From NCBI RefSeq assembly GCF_019464535.1, contig NZ_CP080507.1, positions 1,020,001 through 1,052,000 on the forward strand: DNA of 32,000 nt, given 5' to 3'. Position 1 is the first letter of the stretch. The number at the start of each line of letters is the position of its first letter. A model generated the notes under the pieces. That model made no database searches, was not told where the DNA came from, and was given only the letters and a program-made list of their open reading frames with translations. The DNA comes from Horticoccus luteus (GTDB lineage Bacteria; Verrucomicrobiota; Verrucomicrobiia; Opitutales; Opitutaceae). This document shows positions 17,356 through 25,474 of this stretch, piece by piece. The position numbers and the translations under genes were made by a program.

Positions 17356-18228
17356 ATGCCAGAGACGCATACGATCGGATTTATCGGCACGGGGGTGATG
17401 GGACGCAGCATGGCGGCCCATTTGCTGCAAGCCGGCCACCGCCTGCGGGTATTTACGCGAACGCCGGCAAAGGCGGCCGAGCTCGTCGCCAAAGGAGCTA
17501 AGTGGTGTCGCACTGCCGGCGAAGCGGCCGGTGAAGCGGACTTCGTAATCACCATGGTGGGCTACCCGAGCGATGTGGAAGAAGTCTACTTTGCTCCATC
17601 GGGAATCTTGGAAAACGCGCGCGGAGGAGCCGTCCTGATTGACATGACCACCTCGAGCGCTCGCCTCGCCGAGAGAATTGCCCACGCTGCGGAGGCACGC
17701 GGGTGCCGGGCTCTCGACGCCCCCGTTTCTGGAGGAGACGTCGGGGCTCGGGAAGCCCGGCTCGCCATTATGGTCGGGGGCGAGGAAACGGCGTTTGAGC
17801 AGGCGAAACCGGTTTTGGCGTTACTTGGCAAAAACGTGGTTCGTCAGGGTGGTCCCGGGGCCGGCCAATACTGCAAGATGGCCAATCAAATCGCCGTGGC
17901 GGTCGGCATGCTGGCATGGGCCGAGGCGCTGGCGTTGGGTGCGGCCGCGGGGCTGGATCCGGCGGTGATGCTAACGAGTATTAGCGGCGGAGCCGCCGGG
18001 AGCTGGGCCATGACCAACCTGGCTCCGCGGGCGCTGGCGGGAAATTTCGCTCCGGGGTTTTATGTGAAGCATATGTTGAAGGATATCGGCATTGCGCTGG
18101 CCTGCGCGGCGGAATTGGGCGTCGATACCCCCGGTTTGGCTACCGCGAAGGCGGCCTACGATCGGGTGGTGGCGGCGGGAGGTGCCGACTGCGGCACGCA
18201 AGCTATCTATCGCGTGTATGCGCCATGA
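17356..18228 (+). CDS. NAD(P)-dependent oxidoreductase, 3-hydroxyisobutyrate dehydrogenase (HIBADH/GarR/MmsB) family
   Basis: IGFIGTGVMGRSMA, DAPVSGG..GA....L.IMVGG, G.G...K..NQ and K.M.KD motifs. Start at the ATG at 17356 (MPETHTIGF). Confidence 0.85.
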   Translation: MPETHTIGFIGTGVMGRSMAAHLLQAGHRLRVFTRTPAKAAELVAKGAKWCRTAGEAAGEADFVITMVGYPSDVEEVYFAPSGILENARGGAVLIDMTTSSARLAERIAHAAEARGCRALDAPVSGGDVGAREARLAIMVGGEETAFEQAKPVLALLGKNVVRQGGPGAGQYCKMANQIAVAVGMLAWAEALALGAAAGLDPAVMLTSISGGAAGSWAMTNLAPRALAGNFAPGFYVKHMLKDIGIALACAAELGVDTPGLATAKAAYDRVVAAGGADCGTQAIYRVYAP

Positions 18229-18374
18229 GGTGTAAATCTGAGCCAAAGGCATCGTAAATCGCCGGATGGGTTGAGTCGCGGATTTTGCGGGGACTGAGAT
18301 CCGTCGATACGGTTCCCGCCTGCCTGTGTTGCCCCGATGTCGCTCAGGGGTGCGTGGGGTTACGATGTTCACGC

Positions 18375-18941
18375 ATGAAAACCATTCCCATCCCAGCGTT
18401 TGTAAATATGCGCCGCCTTACCTTGGCGGCTTTGGCAGCAGCAGTCGTCGGCGTGACTTCCGTCAATGCCCAGTCGTCCACCGCCACGATGCCCGCCAAG
18501 AGCGATTCGAACCACGTGGCCCGCGTTGATCGGCACTTTGTGGAGGAGGCTGCCGAAGGTGGCATGCGGGAAGTCAAGTTGGGTGAACTTGCGCAGGGGC
18601 GCGCGCTCGACGGCGGAGTGAAGGCTTTCGGCCAACGTATGGTCGCCGACCATACGCAGGCGAACAATGAGCTGAAGGCGTTGGCCGCCGCCAAAGGAAT
18701 CACCATCAAAGCCGACGAGAAGAAAGATCGGGATTACGACAAGTTGTCAGCGAAAGCGGGCAACGAGTTTGATGAGGATTACGTCAAGATGATGGTGAAG
18801 GATCATAAGAAAACCATCAAGCTGTTCGAGGACGAAGCCAAAGACGGGAAGGATGCTGATCTGCAAGCGTTCGCGAACAAGACTCTGCCCACTTTGAGGG
18901 AGCATCTCGCGCAAGCCCAAGCGCTGAAGAAAAAGGACTGA
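18375..18941 (+). CDS. Secreted DUF4142-family (ferritin-like four-helix) protein
   Basis: Signal peptide (MRRLTLAALAAAVVGVTSVNAQ) and a duplicated motif typical of DUF4142 (DRHFVEEAAEGGMREVKLGELA...MVADH / FDEDYVKMMVKDHKKTIKLFE...LPTLREHL). The alternative start at 18408 is equally plausible. Confidence 0.8.
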   Translation: MKTIPIPAFVNMRRLTLAALAAAVVGVTSVNAQSSTATMPAKSDSNHVARVDRHFVEEAAEGGMREVKLGELAQGRALDGGVKAFGQRMVADHTQANNELKALAAAKGITIKADEKKDRDYDKLSAKAGNEFDEDYVKMMVKDHKKTIKLFEDEAKDGKDADLQAFANKTLPTLREHLAQAQALKKKD

Positions 18942-18957
18942 CGTTCTGCTTCGCGTT

Positions 18958-18992
18958 AAAACCGGGTGCGCATCGCGCATCCGGTTTTTTTG
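18958..18992 (+). terminator. Rho-independent terminator after the DUF4142 gene, possibly bidirectional
   Basis: 11-bp stem accgggtgcgc / gcgcatccggt with a 3-nt loop, followed by TTTTTTT. The A-run on the 5' side could also serve the converging - strand gene. Confidence 0.75.
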
Positions 18993-19050
18993 TGTCCACC
19001 TTCAGATCATCGGCGGAATCAAGGTGATTGCGCCCACCGGACGAGTCACG

Positions 19051-20547
19051 TCAGCCGGCGCACGCCGCAGTTTCATTCGCGAATTCGAAATCGGAGAGCG
19101 GACTGTGTTGGCGCTTACGTTTACGGTAGAGAGTGGATTTATCGATCCCTAGAATACGCGCAGCATGTTCAAGCGTGGTGGTGCGCTCGATTACCTGGCG
19201 AATGTGTTCTTCTTCGATTTTGGCGAGGCTTACGTATGAGCCCACTTGCGGTGTGGCCGCGTGCGTCGAAGTAGGGATCTCAAAATCTGCGAGGTCCAAA
19301 ATATCGCGGTCAGACAAGATGGCGGCGCGTTCCACAACGTTGCGCAACTCCCGCAAATTTCCCGGCCAGTCGTAGGATTGCAGTGCTTCGCCCGCCAGCG
19401 GCGTGAAGCCGCGAAACTCGCGATGAAGATCGTCGCCGATGGAGCGGAGAAGGTGGTTGGCGGCGTCGAGAATGTCTTCCGGGCGCTCGCGCAGGGGAGG
19501 CAATTCGAGCGAAATGACGTTGAGGCGATAATACAGATCTTCGCGGAAGCGACCGGCTTTAACCTCAGCCGCAAGGTTGCGATTCGTCGCGGCAATGATG
19601 CGGACGTTGGCCTGCCGAGAGCGGCTCTCTCCCACGCGTTCATAGACCCGGTCTTGCAGCAGTCGCAGCAGTTTCGGCTGAATGTCGAGCGGCAGATCGC
19701 CGACCTCATCAAGAAAAAGCGTGCCGCCCTCAGCGGCCGCTACTTTACCCATCGCGTCAGAGATGGCGCCGGTGAACGAGCCGCGCACGTGTCCGAATAA
19801 TTCGCTCTCCAACAATTCCCGCTTCAGGCAGGGGCAGTTTACCGTAACAAAAGGCTCCTTCGCGCGATTGCTTCGCTGATGGATGGCCTCCGCCAAGATG
19901 GTCTTCCCGGTGCCATTTTCGCCTAAGAGGAGGACCGACGCGGTTGTCGGTGCGACGCGCCAGGCGGTTTCAAGAATGCGTTTCACCGTCGGATTCTGCG
20001 ACGTGAACTGGCCCTTCGAGCTCCCTTGGACGCCTCGCGGGGCAGGCGTGGGGGAAAGAGCGGCTGCGCCACGATTCGACTCCGGAGATCGCGCTTGTTC
20101 ACGGAGAATTGATTGAAGGCGATCGACGTCGACTGGCTTCATCACGCAGGCCGTCGCGCCCGCGGCCTGCGCCGCCGCCTGTTCGGTTTCGTCGCTCACC
20201 AGCACCACCAGTGGAAGTTCCGGCTCGATCGTGCGAAGGGCAGAGAGAAGCGAGGAAGCGTCGTGAGCTTTCATTTCCCAATCCAGCATACCGACGCCAA
20301 ATTTCCCCAACGCACCGAGCGTTTGCAGGTCATCTGGAGTTTGCACGCCGCACGCTTCCATCGAACAATCACACAACCCGAATGCGAGCAGGCGCCGGTT
20401 GCGATTTTCGTCTCCAATCAAAAGAAATTTAAGAGGCTCGGTGACTGCGGATTTGCGCACTGGCACCCGGTCGCCGGGAACAACCGGTGGCGGTGGCAGG
20501 ACGAACTCTAAAGAGGGACGCGGCTGGCCCGGCGTGCGTAAGTTCAT
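19051..20547 (-). CDS. Sigma-54-dependent enhancer-binding protein (NtrC/Fis family): REC-like domain, AAA+ domain and HTH
   Basis: Walker A GENGTGKT, the sigma-54 contact loop GSFTGA, FLDEVG, RIIAATN, YYRLNV and WPGNLREL motifs, with a C-terminal HTH ([18 protein letters not shown]). The N-terminus carries a roughly 40-aa Pro-rich extension before the receiver-like domain. Confidence 0.9.
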   Translation of the reverse strand: MNLRTPGQPRPSLEFVLPPPPVVPGDRVPVRKSAVTEPLKFLLIGDENRNRRLLAFGLCDCSMEACGVQTPDDLQTLGALGKFGVGMLDWEMKAHDASSLLSALRTIEPELPLVVLVSDETEQAAAQAAGATACVMKPVDVDRLQSILREQARSPESNRGAAALSPTPAPRGVQGSSKGQFTSQNPTVKRILETAWRVAPTTASVLLLGENGTGKTILAEAIHQRSNRAKEPFVTVNCPCLKRELLESELFGHVRGSFTGAISDAMGKVAAAEGGTLFLDEVGDLPLDIQPKLLRLLQDRVYERVGESRSRQANVRIIAATNRNLAAEVKAGRFREDLYYRLNVISLELPPLRERPEDILDAANHLLRSIGDDLHREFRGFTPLAGEALQSYDWPGNLRELRNVVERAAILSDRDILDLADFEIPTSTHAATPQVGSYVSLAKIEEEHIRQVIERTTTLEHAARILGIDKSTLYRKRKRQHSPLSDFEFANETAACAG

Positions 20548-20752
20548 GTCCGTGAGTATGCCGACATCACGTTCCGCCGGAAATCGGACCAGATGCGGCC
20601 GAGTTGTTGGTGTGAAACGCCACAGGTTGCCGGTTTACTGTCCGGGTGGTAGTCGGGAAACACCCGGTGCCGTAAAGCCGAGGACTACGACCTAGTTTCA
20701 GCATCGTCCAACCCGCGACTCCGGGCTGGCGGTCACGGCCCGACGCCAACCG

Positions 20753-20989
20753 TCAGCGCGCGCGCGAGCTGTCAGAATTCGTCTCCGCCGTGCGGCTCAG
20801 CCAAAGCTGCAATTCCGCTTCCTCCCGGCACGTCGAAAAATACTCTGCCGACCGTCGCTCGTGACTCATGATCGCTTGCGCATAAGCGTTGATTTCTTGC
20901 AGGGAAGGCCGGGCGCCGGGAACAATCGCGCTTAGATAGGACAGGAGGGAGGTCGGGGCAGAAAGCATGGCAGAAGGGAGAACGGGCAT
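20753..20989 (-). CDS. Hypothetical 78-aa protein (weak call)
   Basis: The only sizeable ORF in the 580-nt gap between the response regulator and the EBP gene. Third-position GC looks similar to neighbouring genes. No recognisable family. Confidence 0.25.
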   Translation of the reverse strand: MPVLPSAMLSAPTSLLSYLSAIVPGARPSLQEINAYAQAIMSHERRSAEYFSTCREEAELQLWLSRTAETNSDSSRAR

Positions 20990-21126
20990 CGCTGCCGACG
21001 AGAAAGTCGGCGTTGGGGACGAGTGCGGATTTCTCCGTCCGTTAAAAATAACGGAATCGACGCGCAGAGAAAACCGGTGGGAGAACCGGCGAAGAGTTAC
21101 AGGTTTCTCCGATGCCCTTTAGGGTC

Positions 21127-21834
21127 TCAAACGACGTTCTCGCTCTTGACCCATTGGATGGCGTAGCGGACCAAATCGGAGCCGGTTTCGAGCTGCAGCT
21201 TCAGCTTCAGGTGCTCCCGGTATGAGTCGATCGTCTTAACGCTGAGATTCAGCTTGGAGGCAATCTGCCGTGTGCTGAAGCCATTCCCGATCAATTGAAA
21301 GACCTCCATCTCACGATCGCTCAAGCTATCGATCGAGAAGCCGCCATCCTCTTTCTTTTTGTTCACGATGCGGTGGAGCATTTTTTCTTTCATCCGGTCG
21401 CTCAAATAGAGTTCTCCATCCAGCACACGATGGATCGCGGTGAGGATTCGTTCGCTCGCCTCCTGTTTCATGATGTAGCCCTGCGCGCCGGCGCGCAGCG
21501 CTCGTTCGGCGTAGAGGCTCTCATCATGCATCGACATAAACAGCACCGGCAAATTTGGCGCGAGCACCTTGATGTTCTTCATCAGCTCGATGCCGCTCAT
21601 TGTCTTCAACGAAATGTCGACCACGGCGAGGTCGGGAGAAAGCTTCGTGATTAGTTCCAGCGCCCGCGGGGCGCTGTCGGCTTCACCGCAGACGATCAAA
21701 TTGCGCTCCTGGTTGATCAAGGCCGCCACCCCTTGGCGGGTGACAGGGTGATCGTCGACGAGAAGGACATTGAACTTAGCCCCCACTTTTTCGGCTTTGG
21801 GTGCGGTGGCGGTCTCGAGTTTTGTTTTGATCAT
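21127..21834 (-). CDS. NarL/FixJ (LuxR-type HTH) family response regulator
   Basis: REC domain (VLLVDDHP...DLAVVDISL...GYIMK) plus a LuxR HTH (LSDREMEVFQLIGNGFSTRQIASKLNLSVKTIDSYREHLKLKL). Confidence 0.9.
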   Translation of the reverse strand: MIKTKLETATAPKAEKVGAKFNVLLVDDHPVTRQGVAALINQERNLIVCGEADSAPRALELITKLSPDLAVVDISLKTMSGIELMKNIKVLAPNLPVLFMSMHDESLYAERALRAGAQGYIMKQEASERILTAIHRVLDGELYLSDRMKEKMLHRIVNKKKEDGGFSIDSLSDREMEVFQLIGNGFSTRQIASKLNLSVKTIDSYREHLKLKLQLETGSDLVRYAIQWVKSENVV

Positions 21835-22051
21835 AAGTTGAGTGGAGGAAGGTCACTTTGTAGCAAACCCGTCCCCGAAGCGCTATCCGGGAATCCCCGA
21901 TTGGTTGGGTGCTGGTTTTTTCGTAGGAGGTGAGTTTCGCCGCGCTCGCAGCGAAGAGAAGAAACCCCCTTTTATTAAAATTACGGGAATGAACCCCATG
22001 GCATGGAGGTCCAGGCGAAGGTATGGTCGTCAAATCCAACCCAATATAATC

Positions 22052-22456
22052 ATGACAAATCCACATCATAAAGGCGCACGAACTCTTCTGCGAGGCAAAG
22101 GCGTTGGCACGTTGACGATGGCCGATGTTGAACGACGCGCGCGGGAACTTGCCCTCATCGAGGGACGCGACCACGTGCTTGCGGACGACTTAGCGCGAGC
22201 GAAGCTCGAACTCCAAGGAGGAGGAGTGCCGGATGCTGTGTCGGACGATGCGGATGCTTCCGGATCGCTTTCGCGCGATCCCAGCGACCCCGCTGGCAAC
22301 CGCGGAAAAATGTTGCCTGAGATGGAGGCCGACGAAGAAGGCGACTTGGAGCATTTGGCTTTGGAAGGGGTGGAAGAGGCTCAGCATGAACAAATGCTCC
22401 AATCCCGGCTGGCCGACGAGCGCGATCAAGACCGGGAGGCGGACGCCTCGAAATAG
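22052..22456 (+). CDS. Acidic hypothetical protein; the N-terminal segment is reminiscent of DUF2934
   Basis: Start placed at the ATG at 22052 (MTNPHHKG...). The segment ADVERRARELALIEGRDHVLADDLARAKLEL resembles the DUF2934 helix pair (from memory, unverified). The C-terminal half is Asp/Glu rich. The start is uncertain. Confidence 0.45.
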   Translation: MTNPHHKGARTLLRGKGVGTLTMADVERRARELALIEGRDHVLADDLARAKLELQGGGVPDAVSDDADASGSLSRDPSDPAGNRGKMLPEMEADEEGDLEHLALEGVEEAQHEQMLQSRLADERDQDREADASK

Positions 22457-22473
22457 TGGATTTGTTTAGACGC

Positions 22474-22500
22474 AAAAAAGCCCCGGCGTAAGGCCGGGGC
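22474..22500 (-). terminator. Rho-independent terminator of the BON-domain gene
   Basis: 8-bp GC stem gccccggc / gccggggc with a 5-nt loop. On the - strand it is followed by TTTTTT. Lies 29 nt downstream of the stop at 22529. The hairpin also sits 24 nt after the converging + strand ORF. Confidence 0.75.
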
Positions 22501-22528
22501 GAGGGCGACCATGCGGTCGCAAAAAGAC

Positions 22529-22867
22529 TCAGGGATTACGTTCCTTGACGGAGATATTATTTTCCACCGATTGCACGCCGGCCACGCCCCGGGCAATTTC
22601 TTCCGCCCGCTGGCGTTGAGTCTGATTGTCGACGAAGCCACCGAGCTGCACGACGCCCCGGAAGACGTTTACCTCGACGGCAAATCCGCTGACAGTCTTA
22701 TCGCGCAGCAGCGCTGCTTTGACCTTGGTGCTGATGGCGCGATCATCGATGTATTCGCCCGTGCTTTCGCGCGTGCGGGTGGCGGCACAACCGGCGTTGA
22801 ACGTCGTAATCGCAGCGGGGATGCCCAGCGCGATGATCAAGCTGAGGAGGGGGATATTTTTTTTCAT
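22529..22867 (-). CDS. BON-domain lipoprotein (OsmY-like)
   Basis: Lipobox (ITTFNAGC) and a BON domain (DDRAISTKVKAALLRDKTVSGFAVEVNVFRGVVQLGGFVDNQTQRQRAEEIARGVAGVQSVENNISV). Confidence 0.85.
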   Translation of the reverse strand: MKKNIPLLSLIIALGIPAAITTFNAGCAATRTRESTGEYIDDRAISTKVKAALLRDKTVSGFAVEVNVFRGVVQLGGFVDNQTQRQRAEEIARGVAGVQSVENNISVKERNP

Positions 22868-22894
22868 GAGGATGATTTAGGATTCGAACGACAT

Positions 22895-22915
22895 GGTGGC
22901 GCGCCAAGTCTGCGA
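22895..22915 (+). repeat. Copy A of a shared upstream element: GGTGGCGCGCCAAGTCTGCGA
   Basis: Read directly. Lies 28-48 nt upstream of the BON gene ATG (22867) but is oriented on the opposite strand. Matches copy B at 25475-25498. Confidence 0.35.
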
Positions 22916-22969
22916 GTTCCGTCGCACAATGAAGTTGGGCGGATCGTCGGCGGAATAGCCGGCTTGCGA

Positions 22970-23016
22970 GTTTGTATAAATACAGATGCCGGACCGTTTA
23001 CACGATCCGGCATCTG
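22970..23016 (-). terminator. Candidate intrinsic terminator downstream of the DUF1328 gene
   Basis: 11-bp perfect stem cagatgccgga (22983-22993) / tccggcatctg (23006-23016). On the - strand it is followed by tatttatac. Lies about 115 nt beyond the stop, so the assignment is tentative. Confidence 0.5.
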
Positions 23017-23128
23017 TCCCGGCGGCGGGTGGTCTCACGCTCCTGTGTCAGCCTTTGACCATTATGAACTGCGGGCTTGAGCCCGCCCCGCTTTAATTTT
23101 CCGTCGCCGAAAGTCGGTATCCTCCGAA

Positions 23129-23296
23129 TCAGACCGGGGGGCGGCGGCGACCAAAAATCAAAGCCGCAATGAAGAGAATCAAGAAGAGGAAGAACAGGAT
23201 CTTGGCGATACCGGCGGCGGCGCCGGCAATGCCGCCGAATCCGAGAACGGCCGCAATGATGGCAATGATGAGGAAGGTAATAGCGTATCCAAGCAT
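23129..23296 (-). CDS. DUF1328 (UPF0391/YtjA-like) small membrane protein, 55 aa; not in the ORF track
   Basis: My own translation of the - strand: [55 protein letters not shown]. This is the characteristic two-helix DUF1328 pattern with a central GFGG(I/V)AG motif. Confidence 0.8.
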   Translation of the reverse strand: MLGYAITFLIIAIIAAVLGFGGIAGAAAGIAKILFFLFLILFIAALIFGRRRPPV

Positions 23297-23372
23297 GGTG
23301 AGAAATGGTTCAGGGTGGTGATTGCGTGACAGGGGGAACGCGGTAGTAACGCCCGCGTTGGCTTTCGATGAT

Positions 23373-23389
23373 CGCAGACGTCATGCCAA
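23373..23389 (-). promoter_or_regulatory. Candidate sigma-54 (-24/-12) promoter upstream of the DUF1328 gene
   Basis: The - strand reads TTGGCATGACGTCTGCG, that is TGGCAT-N5-cTGC with the canonical GG-N10-GC spacing. Lies about 77 nt upstream of the ATG at 23296. Confidence 0.35.
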
Positions 23390-23525
23390 GATGGCAGACG
23401 GTGAGTTTAGTGATTAGCGGTAATTCATTTGAGCGTCTTTGGACAGAGGTTTGGAGTGCAGGTTCAGGTGCATTGTGCGCGGAAATCGCGAAGAGGATGG
23501 GCGATTTGCAATGGCGATGATGCCG

Positions 23526-24614
23526 CTACTTTGCAGTGAGTTCGCGGTGAACGGCGCGTGCGGGCTTGTCCCGCCGCATGCCGAGAAACACGGGTTGCCG
23601 CAATTGGCCCTCATCAGTCCATTCGCTGAATTTTATTTGCGCGACAAGGCGAGGGCGCACCCACACGACGCTGGCCACGACCGATGGAGTCAGCCCTTGC
23701 CCATAGCGGGAACGCCGACCCAACGGCAGGGACGAAAAGGGTGAGCTGGGGAGACGAAGCGTTTTCGCTTCCCGCATGAGGGATTGGCGGGTCGATTCGT
23801 CGAATCCAGTGCCGACCTTTCCGGCATAACGCAGGCGTCCGCCTTCGTAATAGCCGACTAAAATTGCGCCGAACACAGTGCGCGAACCCTGCGGCGCGGT
23901 GAAACCGCCGATCACGAATTCCTGCTCCATCACGATGCGACATTTCAGCCACTGGCCACTGCGCCGTCCTGGTTCGTAGCGTGAACCGCTGCGCTTTGTG
24001 ACAATGCCTTCCAAACCATCGCGACGCACCTGTTCCAGCAAGCGGGCGGGCGGCTGATCGAAAACGGGGGAGAGGCGGAGGGGTGGGCGGGAGCGGTCAA
24101 GCAGTTTGGCCAGCGCGGTCTTGCGAGTCTCGATGGGGGCGGAAAGAAACGATTTTCCGTTCAAGTGAAGCAGATCGAAAATATAATACAGAAGCGGCGG
24201 GCGGACGGAGCCGCGCTGGAGCTGTTGCAGTAATTGAAATCGCGGGCGCCCGGCATCGTCGACCGCAACAATTTCACCATCGAGAGTGGCGTTGCTGCAG
24301 GGCAATGAGAGCAAAGCGGCACTAATTTCCGGGAAGAGGGGCGCGAGGCTGTTGTGATTCCGGGACCAGATCTCTGCCCGGCCGTCCTGCACGGTCGAAA
24401 GTGCGCGGTAGCCGTCGAATTTGATCTCCACCAGCCAGTCGCCCTCTGGGACCTGAACGGTGGCGAGCGCTTTCATCGGTTCAACGTAGGTTGGGGCGTG
24501 GCCCGAGCTTGGTTTGCGACGTGTCGGAGACCTGGCGGTCGATGAAGTGCGACGGCTGCCCGGCTTGCGTCCGGCAGATTTTGCACGCGGGGAAGTGGAT
24601 TTCGCGCGGGTCAT
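23526..24614 (-). CDS. ligD: ATP-dependent DNA ligase, LigD ligase domain only (NHEJ)
   Basis: Adenylation motif I EIKFDGYR, then DGEIV, LEGIVTKR and an OB-fold C-terminus (WVRPRLVAQIKFSEWT..G.LRQPVFLG.R.DK). Basic, Ser/Arg/Pro-rich 45-aa N-terminal tail. No polymerase or phosphoesterase domain. Confidence 0.88.
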   Translation of the reverse strand: MTRAKSTSPRAKSAGRKPGSRRTSSTARSPTRRKPSSGHAPTYVEPMKALATVQVPEGDWLVEIKFDGYRALSTVQDGRAEIWSRNHNSLAPLFPEISAALLSLPCSNATLDGEIVAVDDAGRPRFQLLQQLQRGSVRPPLLYYIFDLLHLNGKSFLSAPIETRKTALAKLLDRSRPPLRLSPVFDQPPARLLEQVRRDGLEGIVTKRSGSRYEPGRRSGQWLKCRIVMEQEFVIGGFTAPQGSRTVFGAILVGYYEGGRLRYAGKVGTGFDESTRQSLMREAKTLRLPSSPFSSLPLGRRSRYGQGLTPSVVASVVWVRPRLVAQIKFSEWTDEGQLRQPVFLGMRRDKPARAVHRELTAK

Positions 24615-25462
24615 GCGGCCTTTTTGCGCGAGTGGCGTTTGCGTGGCGCCTTGGCGGGTTTCTTGGTGCGTTTGCCCGCGGTGCGACGGGAGGCGTGCTC
24701 AAGGCTCTCCTGCAAAACCGCCATGAGATCGATGACCTTACCGCGATGACTCGGCTTCTTGGGAGCAGGTGGAGAAGCTTTGCCCCCGGACGCGACTTTT
24801 TCGTCGATTAGATGGAGGAGCGCGGACCGATAATCGTCGGCGTAGCGGGCCGGGTCCCATTTCGCAGTCATGCGTTCCACCAAGCTGCTCGCCATATCAA
24901 ATTCGCGGCGATTGACCTTCGCGGATTGGGGAATCTTCAGCTCTTCATCGCTGACGATCTCGTCGGCGAAATGCATTAACTCGAGCACGAGCGCGTCGCC
25001 GTTGGCTTTGAGGGCAGCGAGGTGCTGACGCGAGCGAATCACTACTTTGGCGATACCCGCCTTGCCCGAGGATTTGAGGACGTCGCGCAATAAACCGTAA
25101 ACACGATCGGCGCCTCGCTGCGGTTCAAGGTAGTAGGGCTTGTGGAAGTAGATCGGATTAACTTCCTGAAGCTCCACGAAGTCGGCGATGTCGATGGTCT
25201 GAGTGGCCTCGATGTCGACGCGCTTAAAATCGGCGTCTTTCAGGACCACGAACTTACCCTTTTCATATTCGTAGCCTTTGACGATTTCATCCCACGGGAC
25301 TTCGCGGCCATCGACTTCCGCGACCCGTTTATAGTTGATGGGGCTGAGGTCGGTCGCGCGCAGGAGGCGAAATTTTATCTCCTCGTAACGCGTGGCGGGG
25401 TAGAGCGCCACCGGCACGTTGACGAGGCCGAAGCTTATCGAGCCTTTCCAGATCGAGCGCAT
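24611..25462 (-). CDS. ku: Ku protein (NHEJ DNA-end-binding)
   Basis: Canonical N-terminus MRSIWKGSISFGLVNVPVALYPAT, then YYLEP, with a Lys/Arg-rich C-terminal tail. Start set at M32 of the track ORF. The stop overlaps the ligD start as ATGA. Confidence 0.92.
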   Translation of the reverse strand: MRSIWKGSISFGLVNVPVALYPATRYEEIKFRLLRATDLSPINYKRVAEVDGREVPWDEIVKGYEYEKGKFVVLKDADFKRVDIEATQTIDIADFVELQEVNPIYFHKPYYLEPQRGADRVYGLLRDVLKSSGKAGIAKVVIRSRQHLAALKANGDALVLELMHFADEIVSDEELKIPQSAKVNRREFDMASSLVERMTAKWDPARYADDYRSALLHLIDEKVASGGKASPPAPKKPSHRGKVIDLMAVLQESLEHASRRTAGKRTKKPAKAPRKRHSRKKAA

Positions 25463-25474
25463 GCCGCAGAATAG

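Noticed and set aside
16792-17685. 297-aa track ORF containing L28 at its C-terminus.
   Set aside because: Only the last 76 codons (from the ATG at 17022) match ribosomal protein L28. The upstream 221 codons are an open GC-rich frame running through the divergent promoter region and the start of the neighbouring gene.
20461-20476. Perfect TGGCAC box inside the EBP coding sequence.
   Set aside because: GG to GC spacing is off by one. It lies within a CDS on the opposite strand, with nothing downstream to transcribe.
20655-20690. gggaaacacccggtgccgtaaagcc, superficially like the cobalamin-riboswitch core (GGGAA...GGTG..AA).
   Set aside because: It lacks the rest of the conserved B12-box and the expected stems. 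The downstream gene is a transcription factor, not a cobalamin-related gene.
22879-22905. tRNA-like strings (ggattcgaacg, and tggtggcgcgcc resembling the reverse complement of an acceptor stem plus CCA).
   Set aside because: No complementary 5' acceptor strand about 70 nt away. The flanks of the TTCGAA box cannot form a T-stem, and no cloverleaf can be drawn.
22511-23080. 189-aa + strand ORF covering the BON gene region.
   Set aside because: It is antisense to a clear BON-domain lipoprotein gene and runs through two terminator hairpins. No family signature.
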